Assembly (NCBI RefSeq): GCF_964213995.1
Contig: NC_135811.1
Span: 107,446,001-107,510,000 of the forward strand
Length of the DNA stretch: 64,000 bases
Reading direction: 5' to 3'
DNA from: Mustelus asterias
Lineage: Eukaryota
The number at the start of each line of letters is the position of its first letter. The first letter of the stretch is position 1. The notes beneath the pieces are model-generated. The model was not told the DNA's origin and searched no databases. It saw only the letters and a list, made by a program, of their open reading frames with translations. Shown piece after piece: positions 11,206 through 23,244 of the stretch. The position numbers and the translations under genes are program-made.

Positions 11206-14200
11206 CAAGCGCCGCCGCCCCTCACCCCCACCCCGTGATTCTCCACCTCCCCCCCCCCCCCCTCAAAAGTTCTCTTTTCTGTGAAGATTTCTACAGAAAA
11301 ATCCTTTTCTCCTCAAACTTCCGAGAGATCCTTCAAACAGTCAAACGTTTGGTTTGGGTCTACCTTTGATGGCTGTTAACACCTCCGAGTTCGTGGAAGA
11401 AGCTTCAAAAGCATTTTTAGATAGGGTGTTATCCTCAAGATGAATGTGCACATGATTTATGACCTGGATAAACAGTGTTTACCTATTGTACTCGCGACTT
11501 TTAAAGTTCCCAAACTAAAGATCCATCCAGCTTTGGCCGTTTAAAGTGCCTCAACTCAATCTCTTGGTCTTTTCATTGGAACCTTGAGAGAGAGAGAGAG
11601 AAACTACTTACTTCTTTCAGCTTTACAGAATGGTTCCACCTCTACTCTTATTCCAAGCGAAAATATTTTTTGCTTTACTAATCACTGCTGATAATAGTTT
11701 AGAATACAACAGGACGCTTTGCTGGTAAAACGTGCGCCACTGTAAAATAGTGCCAAAAAGTGCTGGACCATTTTCCAATTCATGGGAGTACAACATTCTG
11801 TTAACGGAAAACGTTTTAATAGGTTTCCATTTCCTCAGGCATTCCTAGCCAGATAGACGACGAGCGATAAGGCGACGTTTGATGTTAGCAGAAAATGGGT
11901 TTGCATTAAATTCCTCCTTTTTTTTAACAAATCATTTTTATACTCTGTGGCCAGCCTCCGGCAAAATGAAAATGTACCAAGTGTTTGGTATGCTGTGGAA
12001 GATAGATTCAACTGCAGGCGTCTGAATGGATCTAGAAATAATCAAATTGAATTTAATCGTTTTTGGCATATAAGCAGAGCTAACTGTTTTACAGCAGAAG
12101 GCCATTTTTATGGGAATAATATCCAAATGGAAAACTAGAGGCTTCTTTGATACATTTTTTCTTTGTAAATGCCGAAACAACCTAACCCAGCATAGATTCT
12201 TAAGGGCGTTCCGAAATATTCTTTCTACGTTTTGGCAGCAAAGTAAAAGAACAATGACATTAAAGACATTCTTATTAAAAATTAACTCTTTCCTGTCGTA
12301 CAGCCTCTTCGCCTGCATTATCTCGCAAGTTAAGCGAATAGTTTGTCACTGCAATGCAGTTTAGCTTCGTAGATCAAAGACCCTCTGTTCTGGTTGTACA
12401 GTAACCCTATTGATCTCTCTTTGACTCATGCCAGGAATTCTCAAACCCCCCAAAACAGCGTTCTCGTTAATTTAAGTCAACATCTATATTTAGCTTAGTT
12501 TGTAATTTTTAGGGTTAGGTTTTTTGAAAAGTAAAACGAGAAGGCAGTGATACGAGGCAAGTTGCAGAGCGTAAACCGCTCTACAGCACGTCACTGTGCT
12601 ACAGGTCAAATGTCACATTAAACACAAGTTATGCATTAATAGGTCAGATGAGAAGGTACATTTGGAAACGTGCCAGTGTACATTATGCAACACGTTTTTT
12701 TGCACGGCGGTCATTCACTATTATCGTATAAACTTCCTTAAATGTTGAAGAGCACATTACTTAATGAAGGCGATTCTTTTCAGCTTTTAATACTGTGGCC
12801 TAACCTAAGACATCTGAGCACATTCCGATGAGCGTATATGGTGCTGGTACATTGCATTTTGATGAATAGTTCTTAGCTGGAATCACAACTTCGATTTCAA
12901 GCGACACTTAACCAAAATAGAGCGTCAAATAAATAATTTTCGGTTAAATTCGTATTCTTGGTGTAATATAAATTGCATACAAATCTATACGCGTATATTA
13001 CATGTTTTACGACTGTCCATTAATTATTCTATAATTTGTTCTTCAAAATTAAGCTTACATTCAACTTAACTTTAAATATGCCGAATGGGAGAATATAAGA
13101 CTTCCTGAAATCAGAGACAGGCTGCTAATTTTACTATCGGATGTATGACCACTTTGCTAAAGAAAGTGCACTGCTGTGAACTAATCATTTTCCTGTTAAG
13201 AATAAATAAGGCGTTTAATTTTGGGAGTCCCGCTTTCCTTTGACAGACTGTGCGTGGGTGTAAACCAAACCCACTATCACAGCGTTCCACATAGCAGAGT
13301 GGAGAGACCACAGGTTATCTGTTCTGATCCAAAACAGGCGTCCCAGTAAAACTTGCCTTCTCAAAAATCAACTTGCTGTGTTTTCCTTTTACAGCGAAAG
13401 TTGGAGAGGGCGGGGGAAATAAGCAAAAGAAGTTACTCAATCTCTACTTTTCCTGGCCCTGGTTTCTTGGAAGAAGCTAATTATATGAATTTGTTTTGAC
13501 TTTTTTTTAAAAAAAGCAACCTACCTTTGCAAACATCTTCGATGGAAAACAGTAAGAGTGCAGAGTACCTCTCGTCACCCACTAGAAAGCGAGAAGTTTT
13601 TGAAATGCGTGAGTTTCAGCGATCCAACACAAAAAAAGAAGAGTTCAATTAACAATTGCTAAAGTCTGTATAAAATGGGGAAACGTTGACGTACTGACCA
13701 CGTGAATGCATAATCCAAGCGCATTTACTCTGGCATTTGGATGGAAGGCCTTCGCCTGTGTCTCCGGGCTGTGATCACCCAGTCAGTGCTCTGATTATTT
13801 ACAGCAGACCATTTAAAAAATAAATCGGGTCAGGGGGAAGATATGTGTGCCGTCCAATATCTCTTATCAAAGGATTATATGCGATCGCAGAGAAAGCCTG
13901 GGATAATGGGACGGATTGTTATTTTGGAGACATTTCAAACCCTCCCGTTGATTGATCATTAATGTGGTGAGTTATTACTATTCAAGGAAAGGTCATTCAG
14001 CGAGAGGCTTATATCTGTCACAATGAGCCAAGACATATTTTATTTCTTTTCCTTTATTTTTTTATCCACTTAGCCCAACTGCAAATGTTTAACTATGCTC
14101 CTGATACTCAAAGACTGTAAATCAGTTCACCCGGATGATAATTCTCAATGTCTTTTACTCAACTGTGAATGCGCGCGTGTGAGGTTATATGCGTTGGATT

Positions 14201-15693
14201 CAAGAGTCGTCATTCAGACCCATCTTCATGCATCGATATTAATGCTCCTTTCCTTCTCTTTTTTTTCTCGTTGGATGTCCTTATATTAATTTAACAAAAC
14301 AAAAACAAAACGAATTTTAAAGATAGCCGTTTATAGCACCCAATGATTCATGAACATTTGTTTCCCAGACAAGGTAAATAATTTATGAGTTTAGTAATCC
14401 GCAGCGAAAAAACTAGCCCTTTTCGATGGCATTTCTTCCACCACTCGGATTCTGCCCACGAATAAATACCGCGAAAACCCTTTAAAGTTCACATAAATGT
14501 ATAATTCAACGTTTTAAACGTTTTATATGAAAACACAAAGGGTTTTCGTTGATTAAAACTATTAGGTGAATCCCTGCATTAACCCGTATCCTAGGCTTTC
14601 TTCTTTGTTCTGCTACGGTGCTGGCGTTTTGGTCACATATAAGTGATTAAGCTTTATTATTAAGATTAGTTCAAGAGCATTACTTCTCCTTTTCACCCAT
14701 TCGCGTTTAATCATTTTAAATATTAATAATTTAAGTCATTCGATATTAAACAAAGGTAAAGATTAAACATGTGTAACTGTTGCCGCTTTTGGATGTAACA
14801 ACACGTTTATACTGGGAGCTCACAAAGCCTATGTGCTTTATCTTTGCAAAATTTATACCTTTGGGGGCAAAATTTAACGAATATTTAACCAGGAAACAAT
14901 AACAGAACCATAGAGGAGGAATGCCCATATTTTCACGATTTAAAACATCAGCTGCTCTACTTTATTTTTTGTTATGTAGAAGAACTGGAATATAATGAAC
15001 AATTGATTTTAAAATATAAATCCAATTTTCAAATCATTTAACGTCGTCATTCTAATTTTGAATAACCGTTCAAAATAAAATACCGAATAAAAATTAATTG
15101 GAAGATTCAAATGCTTTAAAATAACACATTCATTTAATATTCATGTTTGTTGAAGGCCCAACATTGAATGACAAGCCTGCATAATCCAAATATATAAAAC
15201 TGACTAAATGCTGTGTGTTTTAACTATAGCCAGGCTAACGTTAGTTAGGACACAATAAAATCAGGCAATTAAATGAAGTTTAGGGTAGTAAACATAGATT
15301 TAATTTATTGACCACATTAGATAAGAATCCCACAAAAAACATGAAATAAAATGATTAAGCACAAATGGCCTTACATGAGCAATTTCAAAAAATATACACA
15401 GCATATCAATTCAATTAGAAATGTCAAAATTCTGGTTGGATGATCAGATCTAAGTATAAATAATGTATAAATATATAAATGAAAGCATTGACAATTGATG
15501 TTTTCATGTGAGTGTATTACAGTGCCGTTTCTAATGCATTATTACTAATTCCTGACGCTCCACTTTTAGCTGTTTCTTGTTGTCATTTGCTCGAATACAC
15601 TGTCGATTTCCTCAGAGGTGGTGTGCAGCCAATTCGATTTTGTAACGATTTCCTTGATCGAAGGTTTGTCTTTTTCTTTCCTTTTTTTTGCAG

Positions 15694-15760
15694 TCTTGGC
15701 TCTTTATAAAGACCCCGTCAGCAGCTACACCTTAGCTCAAGGACTAGCAGCACTACTGCG
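15694..15760 (+). other. Probable non-coding 5' UTR exon of HoxB3 (67 nt)
   Basis: Preceded by a long pyrimidine tract and CAG (15691-15693), followed by a perfect donor G|GTAAGT at 15761. The HoxB3 first coding exon has an upstream acceptor (CTTAG ending at 20732). Confidence 0.6.
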
Positions 15761-17878
15761 GTAAGTCACATTATATTCACTTAATACCTGAACCATTTCC
15801 CACAATTCAGTGTTCTGTTTATCTATCAGATAGAAAAATAGGCAGATAGATAGATAGGCTGATAAACCTATTATTAGATAAACTGGCATACGTTGCATAG
15901 ATGTATTTAGTGCCAGCCTTGTTCAAGGTACATAACACCTTAAAATCGCGTTCAAAGTTTTCAATTGCTTTTTTTGGTTAAAGTCTGTTTAAGGTTTAAA
16001 TCAGATACTTTGTTGACAATGATCTGGAATCATTAGTTCCACAAGAATTATACAGACAACATTTGAAACTGCATAAGCAAGTTCAAATATCTTACCACCA
16101 CACGAAAATTCGAATTTAAAAAAGCTGTATTTCAAAATTGGTGTTAGTTGTGTTTTCCATCTGGAAGCAAATGCTTTAAAAAGGTTCATTGATGAAATCA
16201 CTGAGGTGAAACTGGCTCTTCTCCAAGTCGCGGAAGTAGAATACAAGCAAAATGATAAGTGCAGGAAAATGTGATTGCCGAAAATCGTTCAGTCTTACAA
16301 GTTACGAAGTTGCAAAGTTATTTATTCAGCCATGTCACGATTAGGAAATGGCATACGATATTGTCTAACATTCTGTAACCTGTCCTACTTCTAAGCAGGA
16401 GGGACTCGTTTCTTTAGCGGCAAGAATTCGAGTCTCACTTTGTGAAGTTATACCTTGGCAGCTCAGCACTCTTGTAGAAAATCACTGTACGTTAACAAAA
16501 ATCAATCCGTTCGACTCCTCACTTATTCCAGCAGAAGTGAAGCATCAACGAGGTCTCGGACTTCTGAATTGCTTTTTAAAACCCCCCAAAAAGACTTAGT
16601 TGGCAAAAAAAAGAGAATAGTATGAAGGCGTAATAAAAGTTGCAGAGTTGTAGATTCTTTCGTCTGTCTTCCTCCTACGCCGTTCAGGCTCCCCTTTCAT
16701 GTACCTAACTAGTGCAACATCTATCCCTTTTACACTGTTTACAGCTACGGTGCCATGAAGTCATAAATCTTACGTAGCCATGAACGACAGAAGCAGCGGC
16801 ATGCATAAAAAAGAGCTTAAGTTCCAAATTCTTTTTTCATTGGCTTTCACTCAAGTGACAATTCTCTCTCTCTCTCTTCCCCCATTGTCAGGAGTGAATT
16901 GTTTTTATTTAAAAAAAACACCTTAAGTGTCCAAGCGAGTGCAGCACCCAGCCCACATTAAAAGTTTGTAGAGAGGCTGTTGCATATTGTGCGTTGCTAC
17001 ATGTTCAACACAACAGAAATACCTCCTCCTCCTCCTTCCCCTTACGCTGCGTCCATTTTCTTTTTCTCTACCGCACCCAGACGGGCACTAAAGTTTTTTT
17101 TGTCGTGAATAAATTATTAATTAATGATTCATTTCACGAGTTAAGTAAACAAGGCGATAGATGGAAATTCCTATATTTGTTGAGTTGTGCAATGAGAAGT
17201 TCACTTTATTGTTATAATATCTTTTATTAATATTTTGAATGGTGAAAGGATGCACTTTGCCCGAAAAATATATTAGCATAAACTGACACTTAATTGCCAA
17301 ACACGTGAAGCAAACAGCGAGCTTGCCATCTTAGTCTAGGCCTTGTCCACCACGTCGCTAATTAGCATAATTTTTCACTTGTGACGCTGTGTTTCGAGGG
17401 GATTAACACTCGTTGCCTGCCCAGCACTCAAGAAAGAAATCGTTTTCCCCCTTAAAACCGTGCTTCTAATATATATACATACGTATTCATAACAAACATA
17501 CCGAATATATGGGTTTCCTTTCTAGTTCACTGTGCCCTGTAATGCTGAGAAACCATTGTTATCTGTGAGTAGGGCGTACCAGTCTAGGGCTCAATAATAT
17601 CAGGGCTGTCCATTCAAGCCTTGAGCTTTCTACAGTTCTTTGAAGCTGTACCATCTCGCCTTTCTTTGCCGTTGCCTTCAACGAGTGAATTTCAGCGCCA
17701 TAACCAGCTGTTTTATCCTTCCTTTTTTATATGTATATAAAAGAATTTGGGAACTCCTGCTTATCGATTGCGTGGTGAATCTGAAATATTATGTCTTGCT
17801 CTGCTTCTATCGTCAGTGGCTAAGGTAAGCTGGACTCAAATAGGCTATCACTCGTGAATGGCGGAGTATATGTCCCAG

Positions 17879-17923
17879 TGATTTATGACCATATGACTTC
17901 AATCTCGGTTCAAGAAGAGTTCA
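17879..17923 (+). promoter_or_regulatory. Hox3 upstream conserved module: Pbx/Hox site and DR5 RARE
   Basis: TGATTTATGA at 17879-17888 and a perfect DR5, GGTTCA agaag AGTTCA, at 17907-17923. Confidence 0.85.
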
Positions 17924-20732
17924 CAAGCTATAGCTTCCTTTCACGCAGCGACTGTTTCACATTGTATCTGAATTCAGCACGGAGCCCGGTCCTTGGGCCT
18001 TTTGGGGGGCTAATTTGGAGTATTTTTCAAAACCAAGCTCTCAGTTGTGATTTAAGACATATTTACGTGGACGTCTTACGGTGCTCTATAATTTAAGGTG
18101 TATGACGACTTCCCCTATTGTTGTCCCATTAGCTAGGATGCTTGTTTTCTGTATATTTAACACATTTCGGACAATCAAATGCCCCTTCGCTTGTTTAGCT
18201 CTGTAAGGACTTGCGATCTGCAGGTACTGCGTGTCGGGATTATGGGGAGTGAAATCTTAGGATATTACTCTCCAAGCCTCTGTGCTTCTCCGAAACATGG
18301 TGGCAACCGGCGACTGGAGCACGCCTGACTTTTCTGACTCTGTTCTATATTTACCAAAGCACCACTAGAAATAGAACCATTCATTTATATTGCTGTAAAA
18401 TTCTATCTTTATTGGCACGCTTAAACTCCGTTGCAATCTACAGCTTCCTTCAGTCCATCCGTAGCACCCGGCTGAAGGCGGGTCTTTTTTTTAGAATTTA
18501 TTATGTTTACATAGGTAAATAAAACTTTGCAACGCTTTCTCTCTGTTGCAATGGGTGGAAAGGGGATTTCTCTATGCGGCTTTGAAAGCAAAGCTTGCAA
18601 TTTCACTGTGCATTTTATCTTCTGATTGTAACCAATTAGGAACTCTGAACCTGCTTTAAAGAACAAAGATAGTATCCGACAACCGGCTGTACCAACCCCG
18701 CGAAGTGCAAATAAGCAGAAACGTAAACTCCTGTATTATAAAATCCGATTTTATATTTTAAAGAATGTCGAAGCAGGTAGCCCGTGTCGACTGAATCTCA
18801 TTTTGTAGCAGATCTATTCGATTTTTCCAGAATTTTGCATTCATTTGAATGCATTGTTTGATTTTTAAATACATGTCCAACCTTTTACTTTATATTTTAT
18901 ACCGAATAAATTATATATAATTCTACGCAAACGCGAGAGCGTAATAAAGATCCCATGAAGCAAAAATCGATCTTGCCAACATATTTTAATTCCGTCTTTC
19001 ACAAATGGAGATGTTTAATATATTTTCAAGGCCAAATCGTCCGATAGTTCACATTCCGCTGTTATAAACTATAAAAAGCATTAGCGTCGTTATAAATGTT
19101 AAATCACATTTAACATGGCGAGAGGTATTGCACGCGATACAAAGAAGCAAGCATTTGAATTGTGTTGCTTGCACTTATTCGAATAATTTTGCTTCACGTA
19201 TCTTTAATCAATGTCAGATACAAAAATTGATATTTCAAAATAACTAGTTTTTAGAGAGAGAGAGAGAAACCGTGCAAGCCTTAGGAAGAACTGGCTGGTT
19301 CTCGGACATAATTCGCCGATTTTCTGTTGCGCTCTTTCTAATTCTGTCAAGCGCTTCGGGTCATTTAAAAACTGTCAAACTGGAATTGTACTTGAAGCAC
19401 AAACTGGAAAGTGGTGTGCGAGTCTGCAGCAGAAATGCAAACTGTGTATATTCGAGCAGCGTGGGGATTGTGCCGGGGATGTCTCGCGGTTTGAGCTGCT
19501 CCGGGAGTCCTTGGGCATTTTTCACCCAAAAAAAAATCTTTGTTGGTCGGCTGACCCTCATACATCAAATTATAGAGCACCTTCCAAGACAGTACCTATT
19601 ATCCTTTTTGTTTCTTGGTTAAGAGAGAGGTTCAAATTCTGGTCATGGAGAACACAATCCCCTGTATCTTTGCCGATCCATCATGAATAGTTAAAGCTGT
19701 GGCGGGGAAGAGGAAAAGGGCCCTAAAATATCGCCGCAAGGCCAAGCATAAGCCGTCCAAAAACATATCTAGTTTACATGGGCATGGACAGAAAAAAAAG
19801 GAACAAAAGCACTTACTTCCTCACCTTCACTATGGCACAGTAACACACTTTAAGCAGACACGTTAAATACATTTGTGTCCAATTTCAGAAAACAATTGTC
19901 CCAAATGGTTAAGAGACTCTAAGTGCTGTGTATATAGAATGGGTATTGTTTCTCAGCGCTATCTCATTTTATGGGTTTTTCTTCTGTGCTTTTATCCCAT
20001 GTTATCAGTGCTGCCTCTTAACAGCAAAGGAGTGAAGAGATATAAATTCTAGATTGCCGCGTTAAACAAGAAATTATGATGGCTATAAAAGTATGTTTCG
20101 GATTAGAGTTTGAATACATCGCTACTGAAACATCCATAAGTTTCCTTCTATTTAAACCAGATGTTTTCAGGCGAAATCTCACCCCGCCATGAACGCTGTA
20201 CATTTACAAATGTTGATATTTTGGCAGCTCCGTTTTATAACAATAGCTGTAAACCTAATTTTAAGCGGTAGGTCAGATTTTTAATCTAGAATATTGACAG
20301 CATGACAATTAATCAAGCAAGGGGCAATGAAATGAAATGTAACGATGTTTTGTGTGTATTTTAACTGAACTGGATGTGAAAGTTTATGTAACTCCCTGCT
20401 AAGATAGCCAATCCCAGTTTGTCTGAAGTTTTTTTCATAAATAATTATCATTTTTGGAACATTGCCTAAACCAAAAGAATTTAGCTGTGAGCTAATGTTG
20501 AATCTGATCTCGATTAAAATAGTTTTGCAGTTGGCCATGTGAATTTTTTAGTTTTCTTCCAGGGCTCAGTGCAAGAGTCCCCTCCTCTGCAGTCCAAAAT
20601 AGCCTGGAATCAAGACCAGCCGTGGCATCTGCTGTGCTTGTGTGGTGAACGCTATTCATGTCATTTGCTTTTGAGTATGTAAGATGGATCCACACACGTT
20701 CCACTATTATTCTGTGGTTCTTCTAACCTTAG

Positions 20733-20848
20733 GTCAACTGCCAGGAGGCTATTGGAAGAAAACGTCACGTGAATCGGGGTGCCAATGTTATTCGATAAGG
20801 GTGCAAGGACCCTGACAGTTTGTGAAATAAATATTGGGAAACTGCGAG
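20733..20848 (+). promoter_or_regulatory. HoxB3 proximal promoter / 5' leader of the first coding exon
   Basis: Acceptor CTTAG|G, ATTGG 20751-20755, CACGTG 20766-20771, and the GGGTGCCAATGTTATTC motif recalled from Hox3 leaders. Confidence 0.7.
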
Positions 20849-21263
20849 ATGCAAAAAACGACGTACTACGACAACTGTACTCTATTCGGTGGATACACAT
20901 ACCAGGGAGCAAATGGTTTCAGCTATGAAGTGGCGCAGGAACCCTATCCACCATCTTCTCACGTTGAAAGTGATTACCAGAGGTCGGCCTGTTCCCTTCA
21001 GCCAGCTGGCACTAGTGCTCCGCATCCCAAATCTAAAGACATCAATGGGAGCTGCATGCGTTCGAATCTCCCCGAGCACCGCCAACCTCCACCTGTCTCA
21101 CCTCCCCAAAATCCTAGCAACAACTCGACACAACCAGGCACCAGCAAGTCTCTGCCCAAGTCTTCCCACACCTCCACACCCAGCCTCACCAAGCAGATAT
21201 TCCCATGGATGAAAGAGTCACGGCAAAACTCCAAGCAAAAAAATAACAACTGTCCCACCACAG
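20849..21263 (+). CDS. HOXB3: HoxB3 coding exon 1 (joins 22110-22879; 394 aa total)
   Basis: MQKTTYYDN start and [14 protein letters not shown] hexapeptide region. Donor AG|GTACAC at 21263/21264, phase 1. Confidence 0.95.
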
Positions 21264-22109
21264 GTACACTAACTTTCTTTTTGCAGTTTTAGGGATTCAA
21301 GCATCAAATGAAAAGGCTGCAAGATTATTTAAGTCAAAACATTAAAAACACTATTTTCAAATCTCTGCAGCATGTAAAGCCTTTGTCTATACATCGTTAA
21401 CACTTTATTGGCCCATTGTTAACATTAAAACATATTGTTCCCCCCACCCTCCCACCCACCCCCACGTCTTCCAAATTCTCAAATAGTTATTATTTTGCTT
21501 TGAAACTGAAACATGTTCTACCATGTAATTCAATAAATGTGTTACACTATGCCACTGCTCCTAAACAGCCCAGAATGCACAAAGGTCACGTACTGGTTGA
21601 TTGTGAAACCAGAAAGTTGACATGACATCAAAAAGTGAAGTAATAAAACGCAGGTAATACAAAAATTGCTACAACCCTATAAATACTAATGCTGCTTCCA
21701 CTAATATAATTACTAATAACAACAATATTAACCATATCGGTGTAGCAGTTCTTGATTATAAGCATGATCTTGGATGGGTCATAATTATATAATACGATTG
21801 GTTACGTTGCAAAACATCATTTGGCCTGTCCTCTTTAAGTGTATCACTTCAACTGTGGAATATATTGTTCTAAACATTGTGTCAATATGATTATGATTCA
21901 ATTTTCTGAGCTCCAGGGATCCCACGTCATATTTCTGGTGTTGGGGGTATAGAACTTTTAATAACGTTTATTGTGAAATGATAGGCCTTGATGTGTTAAA
22001 GGGAGCGCCTCTGTTTTTCTTTCAAGACTTATTAAATTTATGTGGAGAATTTTCTTGTTCAGATCGGTGCACTTTTAAGAGGTAATTATCTTTATTTTAT
22101 TGCTCACAG

Positions 22110-22879
22110 CTGAAAATGTCAGCGGGGACAAAAGCCCGCCGGGTTCTGCCTCAAAGCGAGCGCGCACTGCCTATACCAGCGCGCAGCTGGTGGAACTGGA
22201 GAAAGAATTCCATTTTAACCGTTACCTTTGCAGACCTCGCCGAGTGGAGATGGCGAACCTGCTTAACCTCAGTGAACGACAGATCAAGATCTGGTTTCAG
22301 AACCGCCGGATGAAGTACAAAAAGGATCAAAAAACGAAAGGCATGGTGAGTTCTTCCGGAGGACAATCGCCCACTGGAAGCCCCCCGCTTTCCGTCCAGC
22401 CCCCCACCGGATTTGTAAACGCCATGCATCCGCTTGCTAACAACTCTGCCTATGACGCCCCATCACCGCCGCCTTTCAATAAACCTCATCAGAACGCTTA
22501 TGCTATGACCTCGAGTTACCAAAACCCAATGAAAGGTTGCCCATCTCAGCAACAGAAAAGATACCCTGGGACAGCTCCAGAATACGACCCCCACGTACTA
22601 CAGGGAAATGGCAACTACGGGACACCAAACTTGCAGGGTAGCCCTGTGTATGTTGGCGGGAACTATGTGGATTCTATGTCCGCTTCGGGGCCTTCCCTCT
22701 TCGGCCTCAATCACCTTTCTCACCCTCCATCCACAAACATGGACTACAATGGTGCTGCTCAGATGGCTCCCAGTCAGCACCATGGACCTTGTGACCCACA
22801 TCCAACCTACACAGACCTTTCATCGCATCATCCTTCTCAGGGAAGAATTCAAGAAGCTCCCAAGCTGACCCATCTGTAG
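22110..22879 (+). CDS. HOXB3: HoxB3 coding exon 2 (homeodomain and C-terminal domain)
   Basis: Acceptor CTCACAG ends at 22109. Group-3 homeodomain with B3-type LNLSERQ. C-terminus [26 protein letters not shown]. Confidence 0.96.
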
Positions 22880-23236
22880 CAGGCCTAAGCAGGGAGTTTT
22901 ACTGAAGAGAAGTAAATAACGAGTTATCCTTTCCTTTTCTCATGATACCTCTTTGGCCCATTCCCTTATTTGTGTCTTCTTGTTTCATGTATGTTGACTT
23001 GTATTAATATATTTTGTTCATATTGTCCCCTCACACAACCACCCTTCCTCTACAGAGTATCCCTGCTCCACCCCACCACCCCAGCCCTCTCCTCACTCCC
23101 AGATCCCTCCACCCTTTCTCCCCCCCCCCCCCCACCCCCCCCCCCCCCCCATTACAATCTTTAGGGTTCTTTGAAATTGGTAATGCACAATCCTAAAGGT
23201 TGTACAGGTACATTTCCTTTTTGGACTTATCGTGAA

Positions 23237-23244
23237 ACAGGGTA
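23237..23244 (+). promoter_or_regulatory. miR-10 8mer seed match in the HoxB3 3' UTR
   Basis: ACAGGGTA, complementary to the miR-10 5' end UACCCUGU, lies between the stop (22879) and AATAAA signals near 23550 and 23831. Confidence 0.65.

Noticed and set aside
23118-23150. Poly-C/poly-G runs (also about 30409-30426 and 43250-43277) as G-quadruplex elements
   Set aside because: Simple homopolymer tracts of uncertain assembled length, and nothing in the sequence supports function.
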